Assembly: GCA_046570105.1 (NCBI GenBank) | Contig: JBKHVI010000002.1 | Location: forward strand, 1 to 64,000 | Origin: Bacteriovoracia bacterium | Lineage (GTDB): Bacteria; Bdellovibrionota; Bacteriovoracia; Bacteriovoracales; Bacteriovoracaceae | Reading direction: 5' to 3' | Length of the DNA stretch: 64,000 nt | Shown here: positions 1-10,378 of the stretch, one piece after another | Numbering within the stretch: position 1 is the first letter of the stretch | Layout: each line of letters opens with the position of its first letter | The notes under the pieces: model-generated | The model's input: only the letters and a program-made list of their open reading frames with translations | What the model was told of the DNA's origin: nothing | Databases searched by the model: none | Translations under genes and position numbers: made by a program

Positions 1-417
1 ATCGTGCAAGTGGCGGGACTTCACCCACGCTCATGTCAAAAAGGTCTGCGCAAAATCAGTCGCTACGAAGATTACAAACTGCATTTGAATTTTGTGAAAG
101 AATCATCTTACGATGATAAAAAACAAATCGTCCGCCTCTTACTTGAGCATATCGTTCTGCCCTATCCGATGGTGTTGAGTTTTAAAATTCCTCGTGTCAC
201 CACGACGGGTGAAACTCATTTGCAATTTGATCACGGAATTTTTGCTGGGCTTAAAGGCAAGATTCGAGTCGCGTCAGTTGGCAATCGCTGTCTCTATTTT
301 ATGCGCGCAGATTGGCATGGAAAAACCACCGGCCTCTCGCCAGTAATTGTGGAAACTTTTGCGCAAACACTGACTAAAATAGGTTTAGATCACCTCATTC
401 GTATCTCCTCGCTCTAA
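1..417 (+). CDS. Hypothetical protein, 5'-truncated by the window edge
   Basis: Frame is open from base 1 to TAA at 417; no recognisable motif. Confidence 0.6.
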   Translation: MVQVAGLHPRSCQKGLRKISRYEDYKLHLNFVKESSYDDKKQIVRLLLEHIVLPYPMVLSFKIPRVTTTGETHLQFDHGIFAGLKGKIRVASVGNRCLYFMRADWHGKTTGLSPVIVETFAQTLTKIGLDHLIRISSL

Positions 418-458
418 AAACCTTGGCCATATCCTGGGCCATCCTTTAGATTAAGGCC

Positions 459-902
459 GTGAAAGTTCTTCGAGTCCATGTCAAAGACACCTACCCATTA
501 CGTCATAAGATGCTGCGGCCTCACGGCACGCTTGCGGACTGTGTGTTCAAAGGTGATGACGATGAACTCACCTTTCATCTTGGTGCCTTCAAGGATGGCA
601 AACTGGTCAGTGTGGCCTCTTTTTATTTTGAAAACCAACCTCAATTTGAAAAAGAGCACCCTCATCAATACCGTTTGCGTGGCATGGCGACACTTCCTGA
701 GTTTCAAGGCCAAGGACTTAGTTCCGCACTTCTTAAAACGGCTTTCCCTCTTATAAAGCAAAATCAGTGCACGCTTTTGTGGTGCAACGCAAGACAGCCC
801 GCCGAAGGCTTTTACCAAAAAGTGGGCTTCCGTGCTCATGGTGATATTTTTGATTTGCCTTTAATCGGCCCGCATCGCTTGATGTCTATCGAAATCCGAT
901 AA
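459..902 (+). CDS. GNAT family N-acetyltransferase
   Basis: Acetyl-CoA motif A RLRGMATLPEFQGQGLS; WCNAR and FYQKVGF motifs. Confidence 0.9.
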   Translation: MKVLRVHVKDTYPLRHKMLRPHGTLADCVFKGDDDELTFHLGAFKDGKLVSVASFYFENQPQFEKEHPHQYRLRGMATLPEFQGQGLSSALLKTAFPLIKQNQCTLLWCNARQPAEGFYQKVGFRAHGDIFDLPLIGPHRLMSIEIR

Positions 903-1239
903 ATCGTTTACGAGCATTGGGGTGAAGACAGGTGCGCGGATAAAGCGCTTCATTGACCAATTTTTTTTGTACGCTCCAACACTCTTCACGACTCTCAAAA
1001 ACTTGCCCGGGGGCACAACCCAAAGTCCGTGCACCACTGGCGAGTTTATTTTTGCGCAGATCTTCACATTGCGCTTGTCCTAAATCATGGACACACACCC
1101 AATGACGATCGTCGCAGTCATAAATGAGATAAGATCCCGCTGTCCATTTGCCGGATAAGGTATCCTTACTGGGATCAATCTCTTGCGCCAAAAGATTATG
1201 GGAGACGCTCAAGAGAAGCGTTATCAAAAGCCATTTCAT
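886..1239 (-). CDS. Secreted Cys-rich hypothetical protein
   Basis: Signal peptide MKWLLITLLLSVSHNLLA; six Cys in 117 aa. Confidence 0.7.
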   Translation of the reverse strand: MKWLLITLLLSVSHNLLAQEIDPSKDTLSGKWTAGSYLIYDCDDRHWVCVHDLGQAQCEDLRKNKLASGARTLGCAPGQVFESREECWSVQKKLVNEALYPRTCLHPNARKRFIGFR

Positions 1240-1283
1240 AGGTTAACGTATCGGTAAGAATCTCCCGTTTTTGAGAGGAAGCC

Positions 1284-3044
1284 ATGGCCTACCTAATGCA
1301 CGACAAAATCCGTCACCAACTCAGCGCTTGGATGACCCCTATTTTGCAATCCTTAGGTGCTGAGAGTGCCAAAGTCGAAGATATCTATCCAGGTTTTGCC
1401 AATACTCCTGACGCCAAGATGGGTCAGCTCGCTTTTGCCCTTTTTCCTTGGGCCAAACTGACTAAAAAAAACCCGGCCCAACTCAGCAAAGATCTCGCTG
1501 CTGCTTTGGCGGCCTCAAGCGAGAGGCCCGCCTGGATTCAAGAGGCCCGCGCCATGGGTCCCTATGTGAATTTCTTTTTTGCCACCGGTCCCTTAGCGGC
1601 CGAGTTGGTGCCAGAAATTCTCTCAAAAGATTATTTCAAAAGAAAAATCTCCAGTGGCATGCCTAAAACCATGATTGAGTTTTCTCAGCCCAATACGCAT
1701 AAAGAAATGCACGTGGGCCATATGAGAAACTTATGTTTGGGGGATGCGCTGATTCGTCTGCATCGCTACTGCGGTTTTGATATTGTCGCTTCGACCTTTC
1801 CCGGTGACGTCGGCACCCACGTGGCCAAGTGTTTGTGGTATTTCAAAAATCATTGCCAAGAGACTCCTCCCAAAGAGCGCAAAGGGGCTTGGCTCGGGAC
1901 ACTTTATACTAAGGGCCATAACAAACTCGAAGACGAGCGTGGCACTGACAAAGAAGAGACTAATCGCAAACAACTCACCGAAATTCTCGCACAGCTAGAA
2001 AAGAAGCAAGGTGAGTACTATGACCTCTGGAAAGAAACGCGCCAGTGGTCAGTGGATCTGATGAATGAAGTCTATCAATGGGCCAATGTAAAATTTGATG
2101 CCTGGTACTGGGAATCAGAAGTTGATTCAGAGTCAGTTAAGCTCGTACGTGAATGGCAGAAGAAAGGTTTATTCGTAGAAGATGCCGGTGCCGTCGGTGC
2201 TGATCTGAAAGAATATGGCCTGGGTTTTTGTATGCTCTTAAAAACCGATGGTAATGGTCTCTATGCCACCAAGGATATTGAACTTGCTCGTCGTAAATTC
2301 CAAGAAAAAGGCATTGAGAAAAGTGTCTATGTGGTCGACCTTCGTCAGGCCCATCACTTTAAGCAAGTTTTTAAAGTTTTGGAGCTGATGGGTTTTGAGC
2401 ACGCCAAAGATTGCTTCCATCTTCAATATGATTTCGTTGAACTACCTGATGGAGCGATGAGTTCGCGCAAAGGAAATATTGTTCCCTTGCAATCATTGGT
2501 CGATAACATGGTTGAAAAGGTGAAGTCAGAATACCTCAATCGCTACCAAGGCGAATGGAGTGCTGAAGAGATTGAACAAACTGCTCAAGATGTCGCCCGT
2601 GGTGCTATCAAATACGGCATGACTCGGATTGATCCCACCAAAAAAATTGTCTTCGCTATGGAAGAATGGCTCAAGCTCGATGGTGAATCTGGCCCCTATT
2701 TGCAATACACCTTCGCTCGGATTCAAAGTCTCGTGAGAAAACTCGAGACCAGTGAAAAGGCTGATTATGCTCAACTCACGACGGCCTCCGAAGCTGAACT
2801 CATGAGACTCTTGCCACAGTTTAATGGGATTGTGGCGCAATCTTGTGAACAGTATCGCCCCAGCGTGCTCACCGCTTACCTCTATGATGTCGCCCGCGCA
2901 TTTAATAGTTTCTATGCTGAATGTCCTATGTCATCTGCCCCGACAGGTTTGAAAGAAGCGCGCTTAAGGTTGTCTCAAGCTTGCTCGATTGTGATTGAAG
3001 AGGGGCTAAAATTGCTCGGCATTCCAGCACCGTTTAAAATGTAA
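1284..3044 (+). CDS. argS: Arginine--tRNA ligase
   Basis: EFSQPNTHKEMHVGH (HIGH), MSSRKGN, GPYLQYTFARIQS, DALR-type C-terminus LGIPAPFKM. Confidence 0.97.
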   Translation: MAYLMHDKIRHQLSAWMTPILQSLGAESAKVEDIYPGFANTPDAKMGQLAFALFPWAKLTKKNPAQLSKDLAAALAASSERPAWIQEARAMGPYVNFFFATGPLAAELVPEILSKDYFKRKISSGMPKTMIEFSQPNTHKEMHVGHMRNLCLGDALIRLHRYCGFDIVASTFPGDVGTHVAKCLWYFKNHCQETPPKERKGAWLGTLYTKGHNKLEDERGTDKEETNRKQLTEILAQLEKKQGEYYDLWKETRQWSVDLMNEVYQWANVKFDAWYWESEVDSESVKLVREWQKKGLFVEDAGAVGADLKEYGLGFCMLLKTDGNGLYATKDIELARRKFQEKGIEKSVYVVDLRQAHHFKQVFKVLELMGFEHAKDCFHLQYDFVELPDGAMSSRKGNIVPLQSLVDNMVEKVKSEYLNRYQGEWSAEEIEQTAQDVARGAIKYGMTRIDPTKKIVFAMEEWLKLDGESGPYLQYTFARIQSLVRKLETSEKADYAQLTTASEAELMRLLPQFNGIVAQSCEQYRPSVLTAYLYDVARAFNSFYAECPMSSAPTGLKEARLRLSQACSIVIEEGLKLLGIPAPFKM

Positions 3045-3065
3045 AAATGATGATATTATGGTGGT

Positions 3066-3620
3066 ATGAAGCTCGTGTTTCATACCGCGCAAGACGGTAT
3101 CCAAAAATTTGAAGTGGAGAAAAACTCCGTTCTGATTGGACGCGGCTCGGGCTGTGATGTTCAAATAAAAGTCGAAGGCATTTCTCGACAGCACTGTCGG
3201 ATTGATATTGATCCTCGTGGAGAATTTCTCATCACCGACCTTGGTAGCACCAATGGTGTCTTGATCGACAATCAACGTATCCCTGCCAATAAGACTGTTC
3301 CCTACCTGGCCTTTCTTCCCTTAGCGATTGGTTCAGTACCGCATGTGACAATTGAGGCCGGTGACAATGTTCAAATCAGAACATTGGATCAAATCAAAAA
3401 TCCCAAAGAGGCCAAACCGCAACAATCAGCACCATTGGCAAAGCTTGAGTTAGAGGATCGCAACCACACGATGAGTCGCCTAACTCGTAGTGGTATTCGA
3501 ATGGCCCGTCCTAAAACGGCGTCCAAAGTCGCAACCACCGCCTCCAGTTCCCCGTGGCTGGTTCTCACTCTTGCAGTGGGATCCATCATCGGCGCGAGTT
3601 ATTACCTCTTTTTTAACTAG
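3066..3620 (+). CDS. FHA-domain protein with C-terminal membrane anchor
   Basis: IGRG, ISRQHC, DLGSTNG FHA signature; hydrophobic C-terminal helix. Confidence 0.9.
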   Translation: MKLVFHTAQDGIQKFEVEKNSVLIGRGSGCDVQIKVEGISRQHCRIDIDPRGEFLITDLGSTNGVLIDNQRIPANKTVPYLAFLPLAIGSVPHVTIEAGDNVQIRTLDQIKNPKEAKPQQSAPLAKLELEDRNHTMSRLTRSGIRMARPKTASKVATTASSSPWLVLTLAVGSIIGASYYLFFN

Positions 3621-3733
3621 ACAAACCCACTAAAAACTAATTATTTCAAGGCATTAAAAATAAGTGCTTTTTGGTCTGTTTTCCTTTAATCTGAATGGAA
3701 AATACGGCTGTTTTAGCCTTAATTAGGATGCCA

Positions 3734-4186
3734 ATGATTAAACTCAATCGCAAAGTTGAATATAGCTTGATGGTATTGAAGTTCATGAGTGAGCGCACGC
3801 CCACGGAACTCACCTCAGCTCGCGAAGTGTGTGATCGCTATAAAGCGCCCTTTGATACGATTGCTAAAGTCATGCAGCAGCTTAATTTGGCGGGAATTCT
3901 TGTTTCCGTGAAAGGTGTTAAGGGCGGCTACTATCTAAATTTTGATCTCTCAAAACTCAGTGTCTTGGCCTTGGTTGAATTAATCGAAGGCAAAAGCTTT
4001 ACTGTTGATTGTCATGATGGCCCTTGTGAACTCTTGAGTACTTGCAATATCTCGGCCCCCATTCGACGTTTAAATGATTACGTCACATCCATTTTCACCA
4101 CACTTTCTGTGCGTGAGTTGCTCGAAGATAATGCCCCCTCGCTTAAGCTCGCTCCTCAGTGTCCGAGCTTTAAGGAGCACGCATGA
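3734..4186 (+). CDS. Rrf2 family transcriptional regulator (IscR/SufR-like)
   Basis: [11 protein letters not shown] wing motif and three Cys ([13 protein letters not shown]); heads the suf operon; start uncertain (3695, 3728 or 3734). Confidence 0.9.
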   Translation: MIKLNRKVEYSLMVLKFMSERTPTELTSAREVCDRYKAPFDTIAKVMQQLNLAGILVSVKGVKGGYYLNFDLSKLSVLALVELIEGKSFTVDCHDGPCELLSTCNISAPIRRLNDYVTSIFTTLSVRELLEDNAPSLKLAPQCPSFKEHA

Positions 4187-5613
4187 AACCGATTGATCAA
4201 CTCAACGATGACTACAAATACGGTTTCGTCACAGATATCGAGTCAGAAGATTTCCCTAAAGGCGTTAACGAAGAGATCGTGCGTCTATTGTCTGCTAAAA
4301 AAAATGAACCAGAGTGGTTGTTAGAATTTCGCCTGAAAGGTTTACGTCAGTGGCAGAAAATGGAACATCCGACATGGCAATACTGCCAAGTCCCTCCCAT
4401 TGATTTTCAAGCGGTCACTTATTACGCCAAACCAAAAACTAAAAAATCAGTCGCGGGCCTGGATGAAGTTGACCCTGAGCTCTTAGAAACTTTTGAGAAA
4501 CTTGGCATTCCTCTTACCGAACAAAAACGCCTGATGGGTGTCGCGGTAGACGCGGTTTTTGATTCAGTTTCAGTGGGCACCACTCACCAAGAAGATTTAG
4601 AAAAAGTTGGTGTTATTTTCTGCTCGATCTCAGAAGCCGTGCAGAAGTATCCCGACTTGGTCAAAAAATATTTGGGCACCGTCGTTCCGGCGGCCGATAA
4701 TTTTTATGCTGCTCTCAATTGCGCTGTCTTCACTGACGGCTCGTTTGTCTACATCCCACCGGGTGTAACTTGTCCGTTGGATCTCTCAACTTATTTTAGA
4801 ATTAATGCCAAAGAGTCGGGCCAGTTTGAACGCACGTTGATCATTGCCGACAAAGGGTCTTACGTAAATTATCTTGAAGGTTGCACCGCCCCTCAGCGCG
4901 ACGAGAATCAATTGCACGCAGCAATTGTGGAGCTGATCACGCTCGATGATGCTGAAATCAAATATTCAACAGTTCAGAATTGGTATGCAGGTGATAAGCA
5001 AGGTAAAGGCGGAATTTACAATTTCGTCACCAAGCGCGGCCACTGTGTGGGGAAAAATTCTAAAATTTCTTGGACACAAGTCGAGGCAGGCTCAGCGATT
5101 ACTTGGAAATACCCCAGCTGTGTCCTCTTGGGTGAAAACTCTGTCGGACAATTTTATTCCGTCGCACTCACCAATCACTACATGCAGGCCGACACTGGCA
5201 CCAAGATGATTCATGTGGGGAAAAATACCCGCTCGACGATTATCTCGAAAGGGATCTCAGCGGAGAAATCAAACAACGTCTATCGTGGGCTCGTCAAGAT
5301 CATGCCGAGTGCGACAGGAGCACGTAACTACTCTCAGTGTGATTCGATGTTAATTGGCGATCAGTGTGGCGCCCACACCTTCCCGACCATCGATGTAAAA
5401 AATGATACGGCGGTGGTTGAACATGAGGCCACCACTTCGAAAATCAGTGCCGATCAAATTTTCTACTTGCGCTCAAGGGGTTACACCCAAGAGAAGGCGG
5501 TCAGCCTAATTGTGAATGGATTTTGCAAAGATGTCTTTAAAACTCTTCCACTGGAATTTTCCGTGGAAGCCGTGAAACTTATCGAGATGAAACTCGAAAA
5601 CAGCGTAGGTTAG
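4183..5613 (+). CDS. sufB: Fe-S cluster assembly protein SufB
   Basis: [43 protein letters not shown]. Confidence 0.98.
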   Translation: MKPIDQLNDDYKYGFVTDIESEDFPKGVNEEIVRLLSAKKNEPEWLLEFRLKGLRQWQKMEHPTWQYCQVPPIDFQAVTYYAKPKTKKSVAGLDEVDPELLETFEKLGIPLTEQKRLMGVAVDAVFDSVSVGTTHQEDLEKVGVIFCSISEAVQKYPDLVKKYLGTVVPAADNFYAALNCAVFTDGSFVYIPPGVTCPLDLSTYFRINAKESGQFERTLIIADKGSYVNYLEGCTAPQRDENQLHAAIVELITLDDAEIKYSTVQNWYAGDKQGKGGIYNFVTKRGHCVGKNSKISWTQVEAGSAITWKYPSCVLLGENSVGQFYSVALTNHYMQADTGTKMIHVGKNTRSTIISKGISAEKSNNVYRGLVKIMPSATGARNYSQCDSMLIGDQCGAHTFPTIDVKNDTAVVEHEATTSKISADQIFYLRSRGYTQEKAVSLIVNGFCKDVFKTLPLEFSVEAVKLIEMKLENSVG

Positions 5614-5615
5614 TT

Positions 5616-6389
5616 ATGTTAGAGATTAAAGATTTAAGTGCCACCGTTGAAGGAACCACCATTCTTCAAGGGATTAACCTTGCCGTTAAGGCAGGAGAGA
5701 TTCATGCCATTATGGGCCCCAATGGCTCAGGCAAAAGTACTCTTTCAAAAGTCATTGCTGGCCACCCTTCTTATACGGTCACGGGCGGCTCTGTGAATTA
5801 CTTGGTGAATCGTAAACCGATTGATCTGTTGGAACTTGCTCCTGATGAGCGCGCCAAAGAAGGAATCTTTTTAGGTTTTCAATATCCGGTAGAAATTCCG
5901 GGTGTTTCTAACAAAGATTTCTTACGTGAATCATTTAATGAAGTCTGTTCTCATCAAGGCATTGATAAGCTGGATGATGCCGCTTTTAAAAAACTGGTTG
6001 ATGAAAAGTTGAAACTTTTAGAAATGAATGAACTCTTCCTCGAGCGAGATGTGAACGCGGGCTTCTCCGGTGGCGAGAAGAAGAAAAATGAAATCTTGCA
6101 AATGGCGCTCTTGAATCCGCGTCTCGCTCTGTTAGATGAAACAGACTCAGGGCTAGATATCGATGCTTTGAGAATTGTTGCTCGTGGAGTGAATGCCATC
6201 AAATCTCGCTTCAACGCGATTGTTTTGGTGACTCACTATCAGCGCTTACTTGATCTCATCGTTCCTGATTATGTCCATGTGCTTTATAAAGGCCGCATTA
6301 TTAAATCCGGTGATAAGTCACTCGCCCTTGAGTTAGAAAAGAAAGGCTATGATTGGCTGATCGCTGAAGCCGAAGGAAAAATTTCATGA
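5616..6389 (+). CDS. sufC: Fe-S cluster assembly ATPase SufC
   Basis: GPNGSGKST, FQYPVEIPG, FSGGEKK, LDETDSGLDIDA, THYQRLL. Confidence 0.98.
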   Translation: MLEIKDLSATVEGTTILQGINLAVKAGEIHAIMGPNGSGKSTLSKVIAGHPSYTVTGGSVNYLVNRKPIDLLELAPDERAKEGIFLGFQYPVEIPGVSNKDFLRESFNEVCSHQGIDKLDDAAFKKLVDEKLKLLEMNELFLERDVNAGFSGGEKKKNEILQMALLNPRLALLDETDSGLDIDALRIVARGVNAIKSRFNAIVLVTHYQRLLDLIVPDYVHVLYKGRIIKSGDKSLALELEKKGYDWLIAEAEGKIS

Positions 6390-7444
6390 AGCTCGAAGGC
6401 TTCACACAAGATGGTTTGATAGAGCTTCCCGGGTCTAGTGAGGCGTGGAAGTATTCTTCATTGCCAAAATTTTTACCTGATACCTTAAAAGCTGCTACTC
6501 CTGTGGCCAGTAATAATGCGCATATTGTTTTAAGCGGTAGCACCGTTGTGACTCACTCACTTCCGGCAGGCGTTGAGAAAGTCGCTGCTCCCAAAAAAAC
6601 AGGCCTAGATACTTGGGGCCAGCTCCCACAAATGGGCGCCGCTCTTCATCTCAAAATCACCCAAGACCAAACACTCGAAGTTCTGGTAGCGCGCGATGGC
6701 CATGCTATGGAAGCAACACTCGCCTACTTGAATCTAGAAATTGCTCCTGCGGTTAAAGTGAAACTCATTCAACGTATACAAGGCTCAAAAGCAGGAGTTA
6801 CCAGTCAGCGTACAGAAATTAATTTGCACGCGGACGCCCAAATTGATCATGCCATCATCCTCACGGAAGGGGCCGAAGCCCTGCACGTGTCTCAATTTGA
6901 AAGCCATCTCGCTGAACGAGCTCTTCTTAAGCAAACTTTTCTGGTGCAAGGTGGACAACAAATTCGCCTCGAAGTAAAAGCGACACTCGGTGGGGTTGAG
7001 GGCCATGCTGATTTGGCGAGTCTGACTAAACTTAAAGGCAAATCACAGGTTGATGTGCAATCAAGTCTAGTTCATACCGCTCCCCACACGACGGCCAAAC
7101 AATTAGCGAAAAATCTGTTAGATGATGAATCTAAGGCGATCTTCACTGGTCGTGTGCACATTGCTCAACATGCGCAAAAAGTCGCCGCTGAACAAATGAG
7201 TCGAAGCCTTCTTCTATCCAAGAAGGCCTATGCCATCAGTCAGCCTCAGCTGGAAATTTTTGCTGACGATGTGAAATGTGCCCACGGCTCGACCACTGGT
7301 CAGATTGGTGAAGAAGCTAGCTTTTATTTACTCTCTCGCGGTATTCCGGCAGAACGCGTCCAGCATCTTTTGACTCATGCCTTTGTGCAGGAAGTTCTAC
7401 AAAACAGTCAGTGGCGAGAAGTGCTGACGAAGGAGCTCTTATGA
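6386..7444 (+). CDS. sufD: Fe-S cluster assembly protein SufD
   Basis: EAWKYS, PQLEIFADDVKCAHG, FYLLSRGI; lies between sufC and sufS. Confidence 0.93.
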   Translation: MKLEGFTQDGLIELPGSSEAWKYSSLPKFLPDTLKAATPVASNNAHIVLSGSTVVTHSLPAGVEKVAAPKKTGLDTWGQLPQMGAALHLKITQDQTLEVLVARDGHAMEATLAYLNLEIAPAVKVKLIQRIQGSKAGVTSQRTEINLHADAQIDHAIILTEGAEALHVSQFESHLAERALLKQTFLVQGGQQIRLEVKATLGGVEGHADLASLTKLKGKSQVDVQSSLVHTAPHTTAKQLAKNLLDDESKAIFTGRVHIAQHAQKVAAEQMSRSLLLSKKAYAISQPQLEIFADDVKCAHGSTTGQIGEEASFYLLSRGIPAERVQHLLTHAFVQEVLQNSQWREVLTKELL

Positions 7445-8652
7445 GCTTTAACTGGCAAGCGCACTTCCCGATGCTTCAGGCCTCCATGAACGGCAAACGT
7501 CTCGCCTATCTTGATTCGGCAGCGACGGCCTTAAAGCCCGTCAAAGTGGCCCAAGTGATGACGGATTATCTCACCAAACACACTTCCAATGTTCATCGTG
7601 GCATTTATCGTTTGAGTGAAGAGAACACCAATGCTTATGAAGTGGTGCGCGATCAGGTTAAAGATTTTATTCATGCCAATGCTCGCGAAGAAATCATATT
7701 TACCCGCGGAACGACTGAGGCCATAAATCTCGTCGCTCAATCTTGGGGGCGGCAAAATATTGGCCCAGGGGATGAAATCATTCTCACTCTCCTCGAACAT
7801 CACTCCAATATTGTCCCGTGGCAGATGCTGGCGGAAGAAAAAGGTGCCATCATTAAAGTGGTGCCGCTCACTGAAGATGGCCAACTTGATTTAGTAGCAG
7901 CAGAGAAGCTCTTCTCAAAACGCACCAAAATTTTAGCGATGACGATGATCTCCAACACCTTGGGAGTCATCACTCCAGTAGATAAAATGATCGCTTTGGC
8001 ACGCAGTTTTGGTGCCCATGTTTTACTTGATGCTGCCCAGGCGGCACCTCACCAAATGATTGACGTGCAGGCCCTGAAGGCCGACTTCTTGGCGTTTTCT
8101 GCCCATAAAGTTTTTGGCCCTAATGGTGTGGGAGTATTATGGGCACGCCAAGAACTGCTAGAAGCGATGACCCCCTGGCAAGGCGGCGGCAATATGATTG
8201 CTACAGTGAGTTTTGAGAAAACGACCTGGAATAAACTTCCTGAAAAATTCGAAGCCGGCACACCTGTGATTGCTGAGGTTTTGGGTTTTGGTGCGGCCTT
8301 GGAATTTGTTTCTCTTGTTGGTTGGAGTGAGATTCACGCCAAAGACGTTGAACTTAATTTGGCCGCCACACGCGCTCTCAGCGCCATTCAAGGCCTGAAA
8401 ATATTTGCCAAAGATGCTCCCAAAATCGCCACTTTTGGCTTTATGGTGGAAGGTCTCCACCCACAAGATCTGGGCAGCGTACTTGATAAAGAAGGTGTCG
8501 CCATTCGCACTGGCCATCACTGCACTCAACCGCTTTTAAAATCGTTTGGGCAAAGCGCTCTCGCACGCGCATCATTTGGTCCCTACAACACTACTGAAGA
8601 TATCCAACAATTAGTCGCCGGCATTGAAAAGGCCCGCCGACTCTTCCTTTGA
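7441..8652 (+). CDS. sufS: Cysteine desulfurase SufS
   Basis: YLDSAATALKP, FSAHK (PLP Lys), RTGHHC; ATG at 7441 overlaps the sufD stop (ATGA). Confidence 0.97.
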   Translation: MSFNWQAHFPMLQASMNGKRLAYLDSAATALKPVKVAQVMTDYLTKHTSNVHRGIYRLSEENTNAYEVVRDQVKDFIHANAREEIIFTRGTTEAINLVAQSWGRQNIGPGDEIILTLLEHHSNIVPWQMLAEEKGAIIKVVPLTEDGQLDLVAAEKLFSKRTKILAMTMISNTLGVITPVDKMIALARSFGAHVLLDAAQAAPHQMIDVQALKADFLAFSAHKVFGPNGVGVLWARQELLEAMTPWQGGGNMIATVSFEKTTWNKLPEKFEAGTPVIAEVLGFGAALEFVSLVGWSEIHAKDVELNLAATRALSAIQGLKIFAKDAPKIATFGFMVEGLHPQDLGSVLDKEGVAIRTGHHCTQPLLKSFGQSALARASFGPYNTTEDIQQLVAGIEKARRLFL

Positions 8653-8659
8653 GGAAACT

Positions 8660-9217
8660 ATGAGCACGCCAGAGGTTTTTGTCGAACCCACACCTAACCC
8701 GAATGCTTTAAAATTCATCGTTGATCGCGATGTCATTAAGGCCGGCAAGGCCACTTTCAAATCAATGATCGATTGTGAAAATATCCCACTGGCCCAGTCT
8801 CTTTTTGATCTACGTGGAGTCGATCAAATTCACTTTTTCCAAAACGTCATCACTGTTTCAAAATTCAGTTTTGAAGATTGGGATGTGCTAGAACCCACCA
8901 TCAAAACAAATATTGAAAATATGCTCGCCGACCATGACCCAAATATTACCATTCGTGATCCAGAGCAAGAGCGACGTGCAGCTCTTTCACCTGAGATCCG
9001 CCAGATTGAAGAGATTCTTGATCGCACTATTCGTCCGGGGTTACAAGGTGATGGTGGTGACGTCTTGATTCAAGATTTCAAAGACAATATGGTTTTGGTG
9101 AAATACCAAGGTGCTTGCGGAACATGCCCAAGTTCTTCCGCCGGCACTCTCGAAGCGATTCGCTCCATTTTGAGGGAGAATTTTCATCCCGACGTGGAAG
9201 TGTACGTTCAGAACTAA
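8660..9217 (+). CDS. Nfu-type Fe-S carrier (Nfu_N + NifU-C domains)
   Basis: EPTPNPNALKF; IRPGLQGDGGD; GACGTCPSS CxxC; GAGG RBS before 8660. Confidence 0.92.
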   Translation: MSTPEVFVEPTPNPNALKFIVDRDVIKAGKATFKSMIDCENIPLAQSLFDLRGVDQIHFFQNVITVSKFSFEDWDVLEPTIKTNIENMLADHDPNITIRDPEQERRAALSPEIRQIEEILDRTIRPGLQGDGGDVLIQDFKDNMVLVKYQGACGTCPSSSAGTLEAIRSILRENFHPDVEVYVQN

Positions 9218-9927
9218 TCTTTGTACCAACACCGTGGTCGATCTTTATCTAACGCTGCTGCCACGATGGTGTCGAGGCGGCATTGCTCATTGGGATAGAA
9301 TTGATTGGTGCTCAAAACAACCCCAAGATCACGTTTGGCCAAGCTAGGTATTTTGCCGCCTATCCATGGTGCACTCACTCGAAAAAACACCTCTCCCCCA
9401 GTGATCACTTGGGCACAGATTTCTTCATCTCGACAAAGCTTTAAGGCGATTGAGTCTATCTCCACATCCGCAAAAAGCTGAGGATCATGCATCAGCCACT
9501 CTTTCATACATACACGAGCGCCCCAATAATCAGACTGGCCTTCAAGTGAGGCCCACTCTGCGTGCTTCTGTTGTTTGGGATGACCGCCATAGTAATGCCC
9601 CAACTCATGACATAAAACAAAAGCAAGTCCGAGTTCATTCATCCCCGGCAAGCGCGCAATGGCCCCGGCGAGATGAATCGTAAATAAATTATTGTCCAAC
9701 TGACTGCCGGCCATAAAATAAGGCATCGACCAATCAAACTTGGGATTGATATAGGGACCAGTTGCAGGAGTATGGCGTACCCAGCTATGAATAATAAAAC
9801 TATTGGTGACCGCTTGCATACGCTCTTCAGTCAAGAGACCTGAGCGGGGATCACCTGGGGGAAAATGAAAAACATCTCCCCCCCAAGCATTGAGTGAAAT
9901 CAATACTGCTATAAATTTAATCAACAT
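9214..9927 (-). CDS. Secreted HExxH zinc metalloprotease-like protein (M48/zincin-like)
   Basis: Signal peptide; VLCHELGHYYGG followed by EGQSDYWG. Confidence 0.7.
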   Translation of the reverse strand: MLIKFIAVLISLNAWGGDVFHFPPGDPRSGLLTEERMQAVTNSFIIHSWVRHTPATGPYINPKFDWSMPYFMAGSQLDNNLFTIHLAGAIARLPGMNELGLAFVLCHELGHYYGGHPKQQKHAEWASLEGQSDYWGARVCMKEWLMHDPQLFADVEIDSIALKLCRDEEICAQVITGGEVFFRVSAPWIGGKIPSLAKRDLGVVLSTNQFYPNEQCRLDTIVAAALDKDRPRCWYKD

Positions 9928-10213
9928 AGACTACGTTACACGATCCCTTACGGAGCTCAACAGTCGTGAAGCTTGAATTGCCATCGATCACAACTTGAAC
10001 GTAATGGATGATATTGCTACCAGCATCTTTTGAAGAAAAACTTCTGATCATGGGAACAAAATCAAATCCACTTAAATACTCTGCATGGAGATCGAAAACG
10101 ATACCCTCTGCTTCCGCTTTACATTCTTTAGAGACAGGGTTGCGAGCAAAAGCCGAAGACGTAATAAGTGTACAGGCCAACAGCAAAAGAAATGATTTCA
10201 TTTCAAACCTCAT
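9917..10213 (-). CDS. Small secreted hypothetical protein
   Basis: Signal peptide MKSFLLLLACTLITSSAFA; overlaps the start of the HExxH gene. Confidence 0.65.
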   Translation of the reverse strand: MRFEMKSFLLLLACTLITSSAFARNPVSKECKAEAEGIVFDLHAEYLSGFDFVPMIRSFSSKDAGSNIIHYVQVVIDGNSSFTTVELRKGSCNVVYVD

Positions 10214-10378
10214 TGAGAGTTAGATTTATATGTCCTCAAGAGCATAAAGCTTCCCCAAAAAAAGAGGGTAAGGTGTGAACATTTAACAAGGGTGTCGATC
10301 TTTTAGACACTTCCCCCACGACAAATCACGGGGCTAGACTGTTCAATCGTGGCCCTTTCCTTGCAGATTACCCCTCAT

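Noticed and set aside
3655..3690. Rrf2/IscR operator upstream of the suf operon
   Set aside because: Only a possible half-site (TTGGTCTGTT); no convincing palindrome.
10292..10310. Short palindrome GTGTC-N9-GACAC between divergent genes
   Set aside because: 5-bp arms are expected by chance; no second copy was noticed.
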